A stretch of DNA of 64,000 nucleotides. It comes from Dimorphilus gyrociliatus. Taxonomy: Eukaryota > Animalia > Annelida. Below the pieces are notes generated by a model. The model made no database searches and had not been told where the DNA came from. It saw only the letters and a list, made by a program, of their open reading frames with translations. Shown piece by piece: positions 1 through 11,325 of the stretch (positions within the stretch are counted from its first letter, which is position 1; every line of letters starts with the position of its first letter). The stretch spans positions 2,094,504 to 2,158,503 of the forward strand of contig CAJFCJ010000003.1 of assembly GCA_904063045.1 (NCBI GenBank), read 5' to 3'. Position numbers and translations under genes: made by a program.

Positions 1-93
1 TTTCATCATTGAAATAATATCAGATTGCAGGGAATAAGTGCTCTTTTAACTGATGCATATCCAAGCTTTATATTCAATAATGTTAAACTTAAC

Positions 94-1175
94 CTGAAGG
101 CAGTGACGCCCCAAACAATTGTTTCTTTATTCTTATTTTCCCTAGCTGGTACCATTCTGTGTATAACTTGGTTTTTCAGAGCATCTACCAAATACAGAAC
201 ATCGATACCACCGGCAACAGCAAAATTAGTTTTAGGGATCCAAGATAAAGATAAGATTCGTGATGTCTGACGTGTGACGAAACCATCGAATTCGAAGCCA
301 TGTTGATGTAGATTAAATCGAATTACGCTACCGTCTTCCGTACCTGCCTGAAAGGTTTTTAAGACATTATTTATTAATCTGTCAGTTAATAGATTCTTAA
401 AACCTGTAAGTAATTTTATAATTTATGCTTAACCTATAAGATGAGAAACTAGATATTTTTGCTAAGCTGGCTTTTCTTTAATTAATAAGTATAATAATTT
501 TTCATTTTATTTTAAAAATACCAACCAAAATTACGTTTTCGGAATCTGTACATGAGCACCATATTGCTCCACTGTTTGATGACTGCGAGGCCTTAAAAAA
601 AATTACAATAAAAAACAGTTTTCTAGTTTTGTAAACAAAATATATGCCTTAAAACATATAGAATTTAGATCGTGTTCGAACACAAAGCCATCTAAACCTG
701 CCGAGAACAATCTGCCTTTACACCAAACTAGAGTTTCAATCGTGTGATTTGTATGCGGCGGAAGCACCTGGAAATGGTTAAAGTTACAAAAAAAGCATAC
801 AACTTTGTAAAAGAAAATCCTTATTTAAAAAACATTAAATAATTTTCCTGAGTTCAGACAGTAGTACTGCAAAACATTAGCTATATATATTTCAGCTAAA
901 TTATTTGGCCACCCCCTTCCTTTAAAATAAAAAAGGAAAGTATTTTATTCGACGACCCCTCCCTGTTTTGTTAACTTTGGAGGGATAAAGTTAAAAGTTT
1001 TAGGAAACTCAACTCTTTCTTGAAACCAGCTGGAGTGACGGGTATCCCAAATTTCAATACATCCATTTGATCTACCAACAGCCAGTTTATTTATTGAACC
1101 ATCGAACGCCAGAGCATGTATAGCATTAGCTTTATAATTAAAAAATTTAACACGGTGACATTTGAAGTCTCCCAT
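94..1175 (-). CDS. UTP4: U3 snoRNA-associated protein 4 (cirhin), WD40; N-terminal exons, gene continues toward/off the left edge
   Basis: Exons 1175-1014 (MGDFKCHRVKFFNY...IEIWD), 767-648 (IETLVWCKGRLFSAGLDG), 591-526 (SGAIWC...VIL) and 347-94 (AGTEDGSV...RILSLSW...IVWGV) join in frame. They match the human UTP4 N-terminus (MGEFKVHRVRFFNY, RLFSAGLNG, GCEDGSV, RILSLSW, IVWGV). Confidence 0.93.
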
Positions 1176-1661
1176 TGGAACTTTCAGCACGTGATACAAT
1201 TTCACTTATTATCGCTCAAGAGTCGTCCGCTTGAAATAATTTCTTTTGATGCAAATTAAGCAAAGATAAGCCGCTTTGTAGAAAGCTAACTTTAAAATAT
1301 TGTTTAAGAAAGAATAATATTTTATAACTTTGCACAAAAGTTTAAGATTTGACAAGAAAGAAATTAAAATTTTCAGAAAAAAGGCAGATGTCGCTTATGC
1401 TTTTACTACCAGTTTGTATTAACTACCTATTTGTGTTTCGGTTAAAATAGGCCTTAAAAATTGGACAAAATTCCCCAAGATATTATTTTATCTACACTCA
1501 AACCTTTAAAATTATAGCAAACTTTGTTAGAGAATGTGATTAACGTTAATCACTGAAAATTACCAAGATTAGTTGGGAGTGACTCACTGACCTTAATAAG
1601 GGATCACAAGAAGATTTTCCTGTTGAAATGCTTGATACAATGTTAGATTTTGGTAACAAGT

Positions 1662-4646
1662 ATGCATTGGAAGCTCTTTATAATTGGTTTAATTTGTATG
1701 ATATATGAAAATGATGCTGATGAAAACAAAACGCAAACTAGTTATGATTTTAAGTTATTTACTCTAAACAATGGTTGGTAATTACAGTATACTGTTTATT
1801 TAGAATAGTTGAATTGATTCAAAGCTTCTGAATAGTAGTATTCTAACTTATTCTATTTTTCAGAACTGCTCGTAACATTCAACGGTTTCTACACCAAAAG
1901 TGTTCGACGACAACATATAATATCAGCCCTAAGGAATATAAATGAGTTCAAATTTGGTATAAAACCTCATTTGAACGATCTCAAAACAATTCTTTCAGAT
2001 TTTGACGTTGTATCTTTTGATTCACAAAATTTGACACAAGTACAAAAAGTGAAGAATACTCTTACTAGGTATTCAGCTATAAAGACAGTCACAGCTCATA
2101 AGAAAATTGTACAAAGTCTTAAGGATACAAGTGAAAGAGATGCTCAACGACATCCGTTGAGGTGGACAGGGCCTGTTGGCCACATCACTAACGTTGTTGG
2201 AGCTAATGAGTTATGGTCGGCAGGAATAACAGGCAAAGGGGTTAAAGTTGCGATATTTGATACTGGTTTGGCTGCTTATCATAGTCATTTCAAAACTAAC
2301 TGCATCTCTGAAAGAACCGATTGGACATCAGATGGAAGTTTGGAAGATAATGTTGGCCATGGAACTTTTGTTGCAGGAGTTATCGCCTCCTCTTCACCTC
2401 AGTGCCCTGGGTTAGCCCCTGATGCTAAGCTATATATATATAGGGTTTTTACAAGCCGACAAATATCATATACTTCCTGGTTTTTAGATGCTTTTAATCA
2501 TGCTATATCTCGTAAAATTCGAGTTTTAAACTTATCAATAGGTGGTCCTGATTTTATGGACGCTCCATTTTTAGATAAAGTTCGTGAGTTAACGGCCAAT
2601 GGTATAACCATGGTTTCAGCTATTGGAAACGACGGACCACTTTATGGGACGCTTAATAATCCTGCAGACATGCCGGACGTTATTGGTGTGGGTGGTGTTG
2701 ATGAAAATAGAAAAGTTGCAAAATTCTCCTCTAGAGGAATGACAACTTGGGAATTACCGAATGGCTATGGAAGAGTTAAGCCAGATGTTGTCACTCTGGG
2801 CTCAAATGTTCGTAGCTCATCTTTAGGAAGAGGATGTCGAACTCTATCCGGAACAAGCGTGGCATCTCCAGTCGTTGCAGGAGTTGTTGCTTTGCTATTA
2901 AGTGTTGCTCCACAATCCTCTCCTATTGCAATCAAGCAAGTGTTGATGGAGACTGCAAAAAGAACACTCGGTGCAAATATTTTTGAACAGGGTGCAGGAC
3001 AAGTTGATGCTGTTCAAGCCGCCGCCTTATTACAGAATTACAAACCTCGGGTCACCTTACACCCACCCTATATTGATTTAACAGAATGTCCCTACATGTG
3101 GCCTTATTGTACTCAACCTTTGTTTGTCGGAGCTTCACCTGTAATCGTGAACGTTACAGTATTATCAGGTTTATCCGTTACGAGTTACATAAATTCGACA
3201 CCCATCTGGCATCCATACACCCCTCACAATGGTAACATGTTGGAAGTCTCAATATCTTACTCATCTGTATTATGGCCTTGGTCTGGTTATTTGGTAATTT
3301 CATTGTATGCATCTGAACATGCAGTTAATTTTGAAGGAATTGCTCATGGACATGTGGAAGTTACTATTTGGAGGGAGGATTACAAATCTAATAGTAATAT
3401 TACACTTCCCGTTAGAGTCAAAATTATTCGCCCCCCACCGAGAAATAGAAGGATAATCTGGTCTCAATGGCACCAGGTGAGATATCCATCTGCTTATGTA
3501 CCAAGGGATGATTTAAAAATGAAAAACGACCCTTTGGATTGGAACGCTGATCACTTACATACCAATTTCCGTGACTTCTATCAACAATTACGCTCTGCTG
3601 GCTATTATATTGACGTTCTAACAACGCCTTTGAATTGCTTAGATGCCTATCAGTATGGGACATTACTTCTTGTCGACATAGAGGAAGAATTTTGGTCTGA
3701 AGAAGTAATAAAATTACGTGACGATGTTGTCAATAAGGGCTTATCTGTTCTTATTATAGCCGACTGGTACAATACAACTGTCATGAAAAAAGTAAAATTT
3801 TTTGATGAAAACACGCAACAGTGGTGGCTGCCAGTAACTGGTGGATCAAATATTCCTGCCCTTAATGATCTACTCAAGCCTTTTGGTATATCATTATCAG
3901 ATAAAGTTCTAGAAGGTAAGTTTTCTGTTGCTGGTCATGAAATGTATTATGCTTCTGGAACAACAATATCATCTTTTCCGGCAAACGGAAGGTTATTATC
4001 TGTATCCCTCAACGATCAAGGTCATGATGTGATAATAGGTTCTCAAAAAGTTGAAAAGCTACTCCCATTACCAATTAGTGGAATACTTGAAGCCGAGAAA
4101 AGCACTGGTGGAAGAATAGCTATATATGGTGATTCGAATTGTGTGGATTCAAGTCATATGCAAATTGATTGTTTTTGGTTTATCTTGTCTCTACTAGATT
4201 ATACGAATAGCGGAGTAATATCTTCTCCGCTTTCAGAGCATTTTGAGAAGAGAGATTTAATTAAAAGGGGCAGAGATCCAGAAAGAATGGAAGGAAGTCG
4301 CCTGAGAGAATTCACTAAAACTAATCGAACAATCTTAGATTGTCCAAGGATTCATTTTGCAAGTCCTCGTTCCTTAAATATTACAATTAATGAAGGATCA
4401 TTTAGACGAATGAAACTATTTTCTTTACCCTTAAAAATCAAAACTTTCCCGAAAAACCCGGCCGTCGAACAAGATACGGTTACAAGCATGCCTACTACAG
4501 TGTTAATTTTAGCCTTCCTCTGCTCTATTTCAGTTGTTTTATTCTTCATAAGATTTTGGTACGGAAGGAAGTTTAGGCGAAGGAGTCACCGAGTGAAAGA
4601 AGCCAACAGGATTTACTTTAGTAACAGAGTTGGATTTTCGGCATAA
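1662..4646 (+). CDS. MBTPS1: Membrane-bound transcription factor site-1 protease (SKI-1/S1P), subtilase
   Basis: Exon 1662-1773 (hydrophobic signal MHWKLFIIGLICM) plus exon 1864-4646, phase 1. Catalytic triad motifs FDTG, GHGTFVAG and GTSVASP; VLNLSIGGPDF; C-terminal TM and basic tail. Confidence 0.97.
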
Positions 4647-5737
4647 CTTAAATAAATAAACCAAGTTTTCGACGTTATTTATTAACAGGGGCAGAAAGGA
4701 GGTTAATAGGGTTATAAAAATAAAAGATCGCCTAACAGGCGCCTCGAGGGCAGTTGTAGCCTTGCAATGTTCAGGATAAAACGTTTTAAAGTATACTTAA
4801 GTATTCTTCTATCATACGTTTAATGTAAGTTATCTGATGTCAGAAAGATGTTTGAAAAATAAATATAAACCTCATTAGGTGATACATTTTTTTCGTTTAC
4901 TTTGATCATATCCGCTTTTTCTTTTGCCAAACTTTAATTGCACGGTACTCTCTTCTTGCATATTCCCGAATACTGGTAAATGTCTTTATCGATAATTAGG
5001 GCGCATGTTTGAGAGATTTTATACTTTTCCTTACAAATCATTTAGCACTTTCTGCATTACGGTTTTAGACGCCATTATAAAGAACTGGAAGCGTTTAAGT
5101 GCCCAGGCGTAACTAAATCCCATTTATTCGATTGTCCTCAATCCAAAATGGTTGGTAATCGATCTGATATTTATTCCGCTAGCTTAAAGGACTCTTCAAC
5201 AGCACCTCTCTAGTATGATAATGGCAAATGGGTTAAGGACAAGCAAGGACAACAATAGATATGATAAATCCATTTATTAATCAATATTTTCAATGAACAT
5301 CAGTTATCGAGAACTAATAAATAATACCCCACCCAACAGTATAACCAATTCAATCACAATTGAAAGGCGACGCTTTCAATTTCAAGTTTATCTTCAGAAC
5401 TAGAAAAAATATGGAAATAATTCCGATAGCAGTTTCCTAAATAATTTGATATAGGGACATTTAAATCGACAACATTGGCAAAGGCGATTCCGCAATGTGA
5501 AACTATAATTCAATTCTCATTATCTTAAAAGGGCAAATGTTAGATGGAAATATATTTCGAAATTTTATTCTATTGTCGAAAATTCTAAGCAAAAAAGAGA
5601 CTTAGAAGATATAAAAATAAAATATAGAAAGACTTTCTTCACTTTTATATATTCTTCAGTTTATCCTTCTGTTGCATTTTTTATTAGTCAAGATGCATTA
5701 AGCAGAGTATGTATGTAAACTTTTGTCTAAAACAAAA

Positions 5738-6448
5738 CTATAATAGGAGCTGAAGAAATCCTGGATTTATTTGAATACCTACAGCTGCGGCTGTAATGGT
5801 TGCTGCAGCAGCCGCAACTACCTTTGCCGTTGTTTCTTTATCACCATGTTTCAATGTCACAGAAGAACTATTTCGTTTTTTTGCGATTTCTTTTTCATCA
5901 CAGTTGCGTAATTGATTATTGTTATAGGCTCGTTTTCGTCTAGTTTGCACTTTATGTAATTGCTCTGGAACATCTTTCTGAAAGTTTCTATGCTGAAATA
6001 GATAAATTCCTCTATCTTTTTCCCTCCAGTTAAATCCATACTCCCTCATTTGACGCCTAATGTTCTCAAATCTAGCAACCTGTACTAGCTTCGGGAAGTC
6101 ATTCATAACCTAAAAAGCGTATGGAACATTGTATATATAAGAAAGTTTTATTTTCGAAAAAAATTCCTCTATGTTGTAGAGTTTTACAAACATCACGTGA
6201 TGTTGCGTGAGTTCCTCAATGAATTATTGGACTAAGAAAAAAAGGGGCATTGAAAGCGATAGAACCGTATAATTTCTATAAAATATCATAACTCTTACTT
6301 GTTCAGTAAATCTGCGAGAATCTATGGCAACTGCTTTGCCTCCTTCAGCCCACTGAATCAAGTCTGAGTGCTCAGAATTGACAGCTTCCCATAGCTTCAT
6401 TGGGAACCTTGGTAAGCCGGTAACCTCTAAGTCGTCAGATTCCATCAT
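5738..6448 (-). CDS. HSF-type DNA-binding domain protein (HSF5/HSFX/Y-like), ~170 aa, no trimerisation domain seen
   Basis: Exon 6448-6299 (FPMKLWEAVNS...LIQWAEGG) and exon from 6109 (RRQMREYGF...FQHRNFQKD) join in phase 0 to give an HSF winged-helix domain. The C-terminal end is uncertain (possible donor near 5777). Confidence 0.8.
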
Positions 6449-7355
6449 ACTAAGAGATTAGCTAATTTTAATTCAGATAAATGACGTCATCCCTGACCGC
6501 GAATGTCAATTTAGAAAACTTACAATTTAAAATTTAAATGAACTATTGGAGGAAATGAGAAATGACTGTAACTGTATTTGTCAAATAAACCTAACAAAGT
6601 TCTACTGCTATGTCAAATCTAATTTTGCTGATAATTGGAGATAATAAACAAAGTTTCTCAGCCTTAATAGTTCATTAAATATTTAATGAACCATATATTA
6701 TAATAATTTTACTCTGTTGATACGGAATAGCTCGAATAAGAGCAATGCTTAAGAATATCTCAATTGAATGTTTTATTTTGATGCTAAACTTTGATAACGG
6801 CAAAATTGATATCTAAGCTATTTCTTTTTCTTTTCTGGTAAAAGTTGGTCAAATTAATGTTGAAAACTTGAATAACTTTGACTATTTGATCTGTTTATCC
6901 AAAGGTTTCGCTTTCGACATGGCCTGAGTTGAAATTTATATCAAAGTTTAGTCTTGTTTGATATAACACTACATATTAACAATGCATTAAAATAATAGAT
7001 CTAATTACAAAAAGGGCATTCACCGTTAAATGACATTAACCTTAGGTATAAATATATCATATATACAGTATGTATATTTACAAAATTATCCTACAAACAA
7101 TATATCTATTTTATTAATTCTTGAAGGATTCCAAATTTCAAATACGGCTGAGAGAAATTAAAGAATCTAGGACATAACTTGAAGGCCAGTTTTCTGTTGA
7201 AACCACTGGCGTCATCTGTTGTCGATGGAAATAGTATTCAACTGTCAGCTATATTTCAAAATGGCGCGATATAGAAGTAATGATTCGGTCATTTTTAAAA
7301 TTTTGTTGGATTCATTACAATTATTTTGTGATATATACTACTCTATCGGTAAAAG

Positions 7356-8811
7356 ATGGTGAGTATGCAGAAATTATTTGTTAATTATTACTTAAGTACG
7401 AAATTTAACTAATAACAAACGATAAGGATGCAAATATTGTATTTGAATCAACGTTGATGAAACTTTTTATAAGTATTTACACCTTAGGAAATATGAAGCT
7501 AAGGCTGTGAAAACTAAATACTGAACGATAATATAGTAGTTTAGAATTTTGCTAAATAATTTTTTTTTTATCAGTTCCGTAACCAATATGATAACGATGT
7601 CACTGTTTGGAGCCCTCAGGTAAATAATTTTGTTACTTCTATTTGTAAAATCAATAACATTATCCGTTCCTAGGGGAGACTTCATCAACTCGAATATGCT
7701 ATGGAAGCAGTAAAACAAGGATCAGCAACCGTTGGACTAAAATCCCTCAACTATGCCGTCCTTGTTGCTTTAAAGGTTAATATCTTTATAATGTTTTTCG
7801 AGTTATTAAATATTCGTCAGTTTTTCTAACACACTTTTTTGTAACTTGATTTCAGAGAGCACCATCGGAATTATCGGCTCACCAAAAGAAAATTATACCA
7901 ATCGACGATCATGTTGGTGTTTCGATATCTGGACTTACAGCAGATGCTCGTTTATTAAGGTAAAATTGTCCTTGAAAGCTAATCTGAAGCTTAATCGCAA
8001 GTATCCCTACAGCAAATACATGAGAACTGAATGCCTCCATTCAAGATATACTTATGGAAAACCGCTACCAATATCTCGACTTGTTTCCATGGTTGGAAGC
8101 AGTAAGTGGGAGGTTGTCTAATTTTTTAGTCAACTTATCAAATCCATTTTATTTCAGAATCTCAAATTCCAACCCAAAGATATGGTAGAAGACCATTTGG
8201 AGTAGGTTTACTTGTTGCTGGCTACGATGTATGTATAAAGAATTTTCTCTAATTAGCTAAATATCTATTGTTAATTTAAGATTACTTTTGTGTGTTTTTA
8301 CTACGTTTCAGACGCAAGGGGCACACATTTACCAAACTTGTCCTTCGGCTAACTACTTTGACTGCAAAGCAATGTCTATTGGAGCTCGTTCACAATCAGC
8401 CAGAACGTATTTGGAAAAAATTTTAGATACTTTACCAGATTGCCCGTTAGACGAATTGATAAAACACGGACTAAGGGCTCTCAGAGACACTTTACCAAAT
8501 GACGTAGAACTCACTACTAAGGTAACAAATCAATAGCAAAGCCTGCAGAAATATCTTGCTTTTTGCTCAAATATCATATAAAATTTGAATTCATATTTCA
8601 TTAGAACTGTTCAATGGGAATAGTAGGAAAAGATAAAGAGTTCACTGTCTATGATGAAGATGAAATAGGACGCTATTTGAAAATGATTGAAGGGGAAGAA
8701 AGAACTCCGGCACCTCAAGCTGAACAAATGGAAGAGGACCCGGCACCAGAGAGTGCAGCAGATGAATCAGCTGATCCCACTCCAGCACCACCTCAAAGCG
8801 AAGGACGTTAA
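7356..8811 (+). CDS. PSMA1: Proteasome subunit alpha type-1
   Basis: Exons 7356-7358 (ATG only), 7575-7619, 7674-7775, 7856-7959, 8013-8101, 8158-8228, 8312-8521 and 8605-8811. Product [40 protein letters not shown]...[14 protein letters not shown] is near-identical to PSMA1. Confidence 0.98.
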
Positions 8812-9108
8812 CTTTTAAAATAATATTTGTATTTTCCGTTTATTATTTAAAAAAAAGTATCAAGGAAATACTATTGAGTATTTTAACTCGTGTATCAAAA
8901 TTTTGTATGCAATCTACATCCAAATGTCTATGGTTAAAAGTTAAAATCTACGCAATCCGCTTTCCTCAAACTGAACTGCTTTTCCAGACTTGAAGTTGTT
9001 TTAATTCTTACTTGAGTTCATCACAAATTCTCGTATCAAAGTAAAAAAATCTTTGCCATGTACCGAAGTATTGAAGTATAGAGCAGGTAATAATTTCCAA
9101 CAAGTATT

Positions 9109-9576
9109 TTAGTTTTCCAAAAATTTAGAACGTTTCTCTTTCAAAAATTTTTCTAAGGCCAATATCAGCTTATTGGATAAACAGCATGCTGATCCAATCT
9201 TATAAGATATTGCTTTCAAATTGCAGTCATTTTCGATTTCGTAATTATGAATCTCACCCTTTTCGTCTTTGAAAACAAGTTTGAAGAGAATATCAGTCGA
9301 TTTCGTTGTCATATCGGAATTTTTTTGAGCAGAACGGCTGGGAGGTTTATATAGTTGTCTTTCTGGACGTCGATGTTTGGAACAGTCGTTAGGTTTTTCT
9401 TTTTTTAATTTTTGTTCTTTGTCATAGTTATCACTATTGGCACAGAGCAACTATAAGATATGAATAATAGTAGATAATGTTTTATATTTTAATACTAACC
9501 GGTCAATTTGATTTCTAATAATTTCTTTCATAAAACCATGGGAAAAATCTAATTTCATTCGATTTTCCTTCTCCAT
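9109..9576 (-). CDS. C2orf68: UPF0561 family protein (C2orf68 homologue)
   Basis: Exon 9576-9500 (LDFSHGFMKEIIRNQIDR) plus exon 9433-9109 (DNYDKEQK...RPERQLYKPP...LFKLVFKDEKGEI). These match human LDMNHGFVHHIRRNQIARDDYDK, KPDLQVYLP and LFCLEYEADSGEV. Confidence 0.85.
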
Positions 9577-9654
9577 CGCTCAATCATTTATTTTTTTGTC
9601 GCTTTTCCGGTTTTTGTTTCTTTGCAAAAGTTGTTTCTTGTCTAAGGATCAAAC

Positions 9655-9680
9655 GTCACGTGCTTCCTACAGGAAGTATA
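9655..9680. promoter_or_regulatory. E-box/CLEAR-like GTCACGTG plus ETS CAGGAAGT in the 168-nt bidirectional promoter of C2orf68/SNX16
   Basis: aaacgtcacgtgcttcctacaggaagta between the two ATGs. Motif match only. Confidence 0.4.
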
Positions 9681-9744
9681 CCGTGCAAACTATAAACAAA
9701 CAATTTTCCCTTTCACAATAGAAAAATATGAGAGTATTCTAAAA

Positions 9745-10452
9745 ATGCAACCTGCAAATTTTCAAAATGACGAATCATCGATCCAATCAACGAGAGAAGC
9801 AGAACACAATGCAGACGAATCTAGAAATTTGAACTTCCAATCCTCAACAGTTGAAAGTGGTTTTGACCACGGAGTAAAAGCTCCCATCATTGGCCATGAA
9901 GTTGTTGAGCAAAGAAGTAGATTTACTGTTTTTAAAATTCACGTTCAGAAATCCGATAACAACGAATGGTTTGTATTTAGACGCTATTCAGACTTTTCAA
10001 GACTTCACGACCGCCTAAGAGAACAGTTCCCTAATTTTCGATTTGCTTTGCCTCCAAAAAAGTGGTTTGGGGATAATTTTGATGTGAGATTTATAGACGA
10101 CCGAAAGCTTGGGCTTCAAGCTTTTATAAACAACATCCTTTCTCATGATCAAGTTCAAAAGAGTGAAGATGTGAAAATGTTTTTGTGTTTGGACGAGCCA
10201 CCGGGTGCTCATGATAGCTTAGAAGAAAGTCGGGCGCTGTGTGAAGCTCTAGAAGAACAAATGTATAAATTGAAAGAGGAATTAAAGACTAAAAATGTTG
10301 AAATATCCCTATTGAAAGAAGAATTAGATATTGTAAAAGACGATGCTAAGGCTCTCAGAACTGCTCTTCGTAAGCAAAGATCATCTTCAGTAAATGATAG
10401 CATATCATCTGAACACGACAGAAAAGATGGGTCAACAGAAATGTCAGAATAA
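9745..10452 (+). CDS. SNX16: Sorting nexin 16 (PX domain plus coiled coil), intronless
   Basis: PX motifs WFVFRRYSDF, LPPKKWFGDNFD and RKLGLQAF, followed by the SNX16-specific CLDEPPGAHDSLEESRA and a coiled coil. Confidence 0.93.
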   Translation: MQPANFQNDESSIQSTREAEHNADESRNLNFQSSTVESGFDHGVKAPIIGHEVVEQRSRFTVFKIHVQKSDNNEWFVFRRYSDFSRLHDRLREQFPNFRFALPPKKWFGDNFDVRFIDDRKLGLQAFINNILSHDQVQKSEDVKMFLCLDEPPGAHDSLEESRALCEALEEQMYKLKEELKTKNVEISLLKEELDIVKDDAKALRTALRKQRSSSVNDSISSEHDRKDGSTEMSE

Positions 10453-11325
10453 AGTTTTTAATCTGGAATAAAAAACGCACTTTCTTTTCCGATATATATA
10501 TGTAATCTCATAAACCCACTCAGCTCTTCCTTAGTATTCTACCACGTGGATTTTCCCTAAATTATTCAACTTAATTTATTCTTTTTAAGTTCAACCTATA
10601 ATTCAGGATTGGTTTTTAGTTTATATTATCAATATCAGTATTCTATATTTATTTATAAATCTGCTAATCCAGAAATATTATTTAAATCTAAAAGAAATTT
10701 TTATTATTATTATTAACCATTCGATGAAATATGCGTCGATTGCAAATCGATTCTTTTGCAGTTGTTAACATGCTTAATAATCCTAATTTTGAGCTCAAAG
10801 CTTTAAAATGTTCGGTTGTTGAGGATTAAGAAGTGTTTTTTTTATTGCTTTCTAGCATCAATTTATTCAAGACTTTATGTTAAATACTGTATATACATAT
10901 GTCATATATCTAATACTTTATTTTATATATAGATACAATTATCTAGAGATGTATAAATCTCTCGACTATTTTGAATTAATTTATACAAGAGAAACGTATT
11001 AAGATAAATTCAAGGAAATGTATTGTTCACTTATAATATTCATCCACAGTAATCGCTCAATATATACTTATTTTATATACACATATATTTTATACAGTGT
11101 ATATACTAATATATCAAAGTTACAAAGAGTACACGCACTATAGAGGTTATCTTTAAGACTTTGACTCGCCTCTGCTCTGTATATTTCAACATAAATCACA
11201 AAAGAGCAATAATTATTTGTTTAATTATTATTTTCAGACAGGAATTTTTAAGAATAACTGAAATCCAACAAATTTTCCTAATTACAATGCCATTCGTAGT
11301 ATATTACAAAGAAAATTTATAGAAA

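Noticed and set aside
25-270. 81-aa + strand ORF with a hydrophobic stretch
   Set aside because: It is the antisense shadow of a UTP4 exon (347-94, -), which has clear homology.
4940-5213. Junction-spanning TGA (PEY-U-RHYKEL) as a possible selenoprotein
   Set aside because: There is an in-frame TAA 12 codons upstream with no ATG or acceptor in between, no CxxU motif, and no SECIS recognised.
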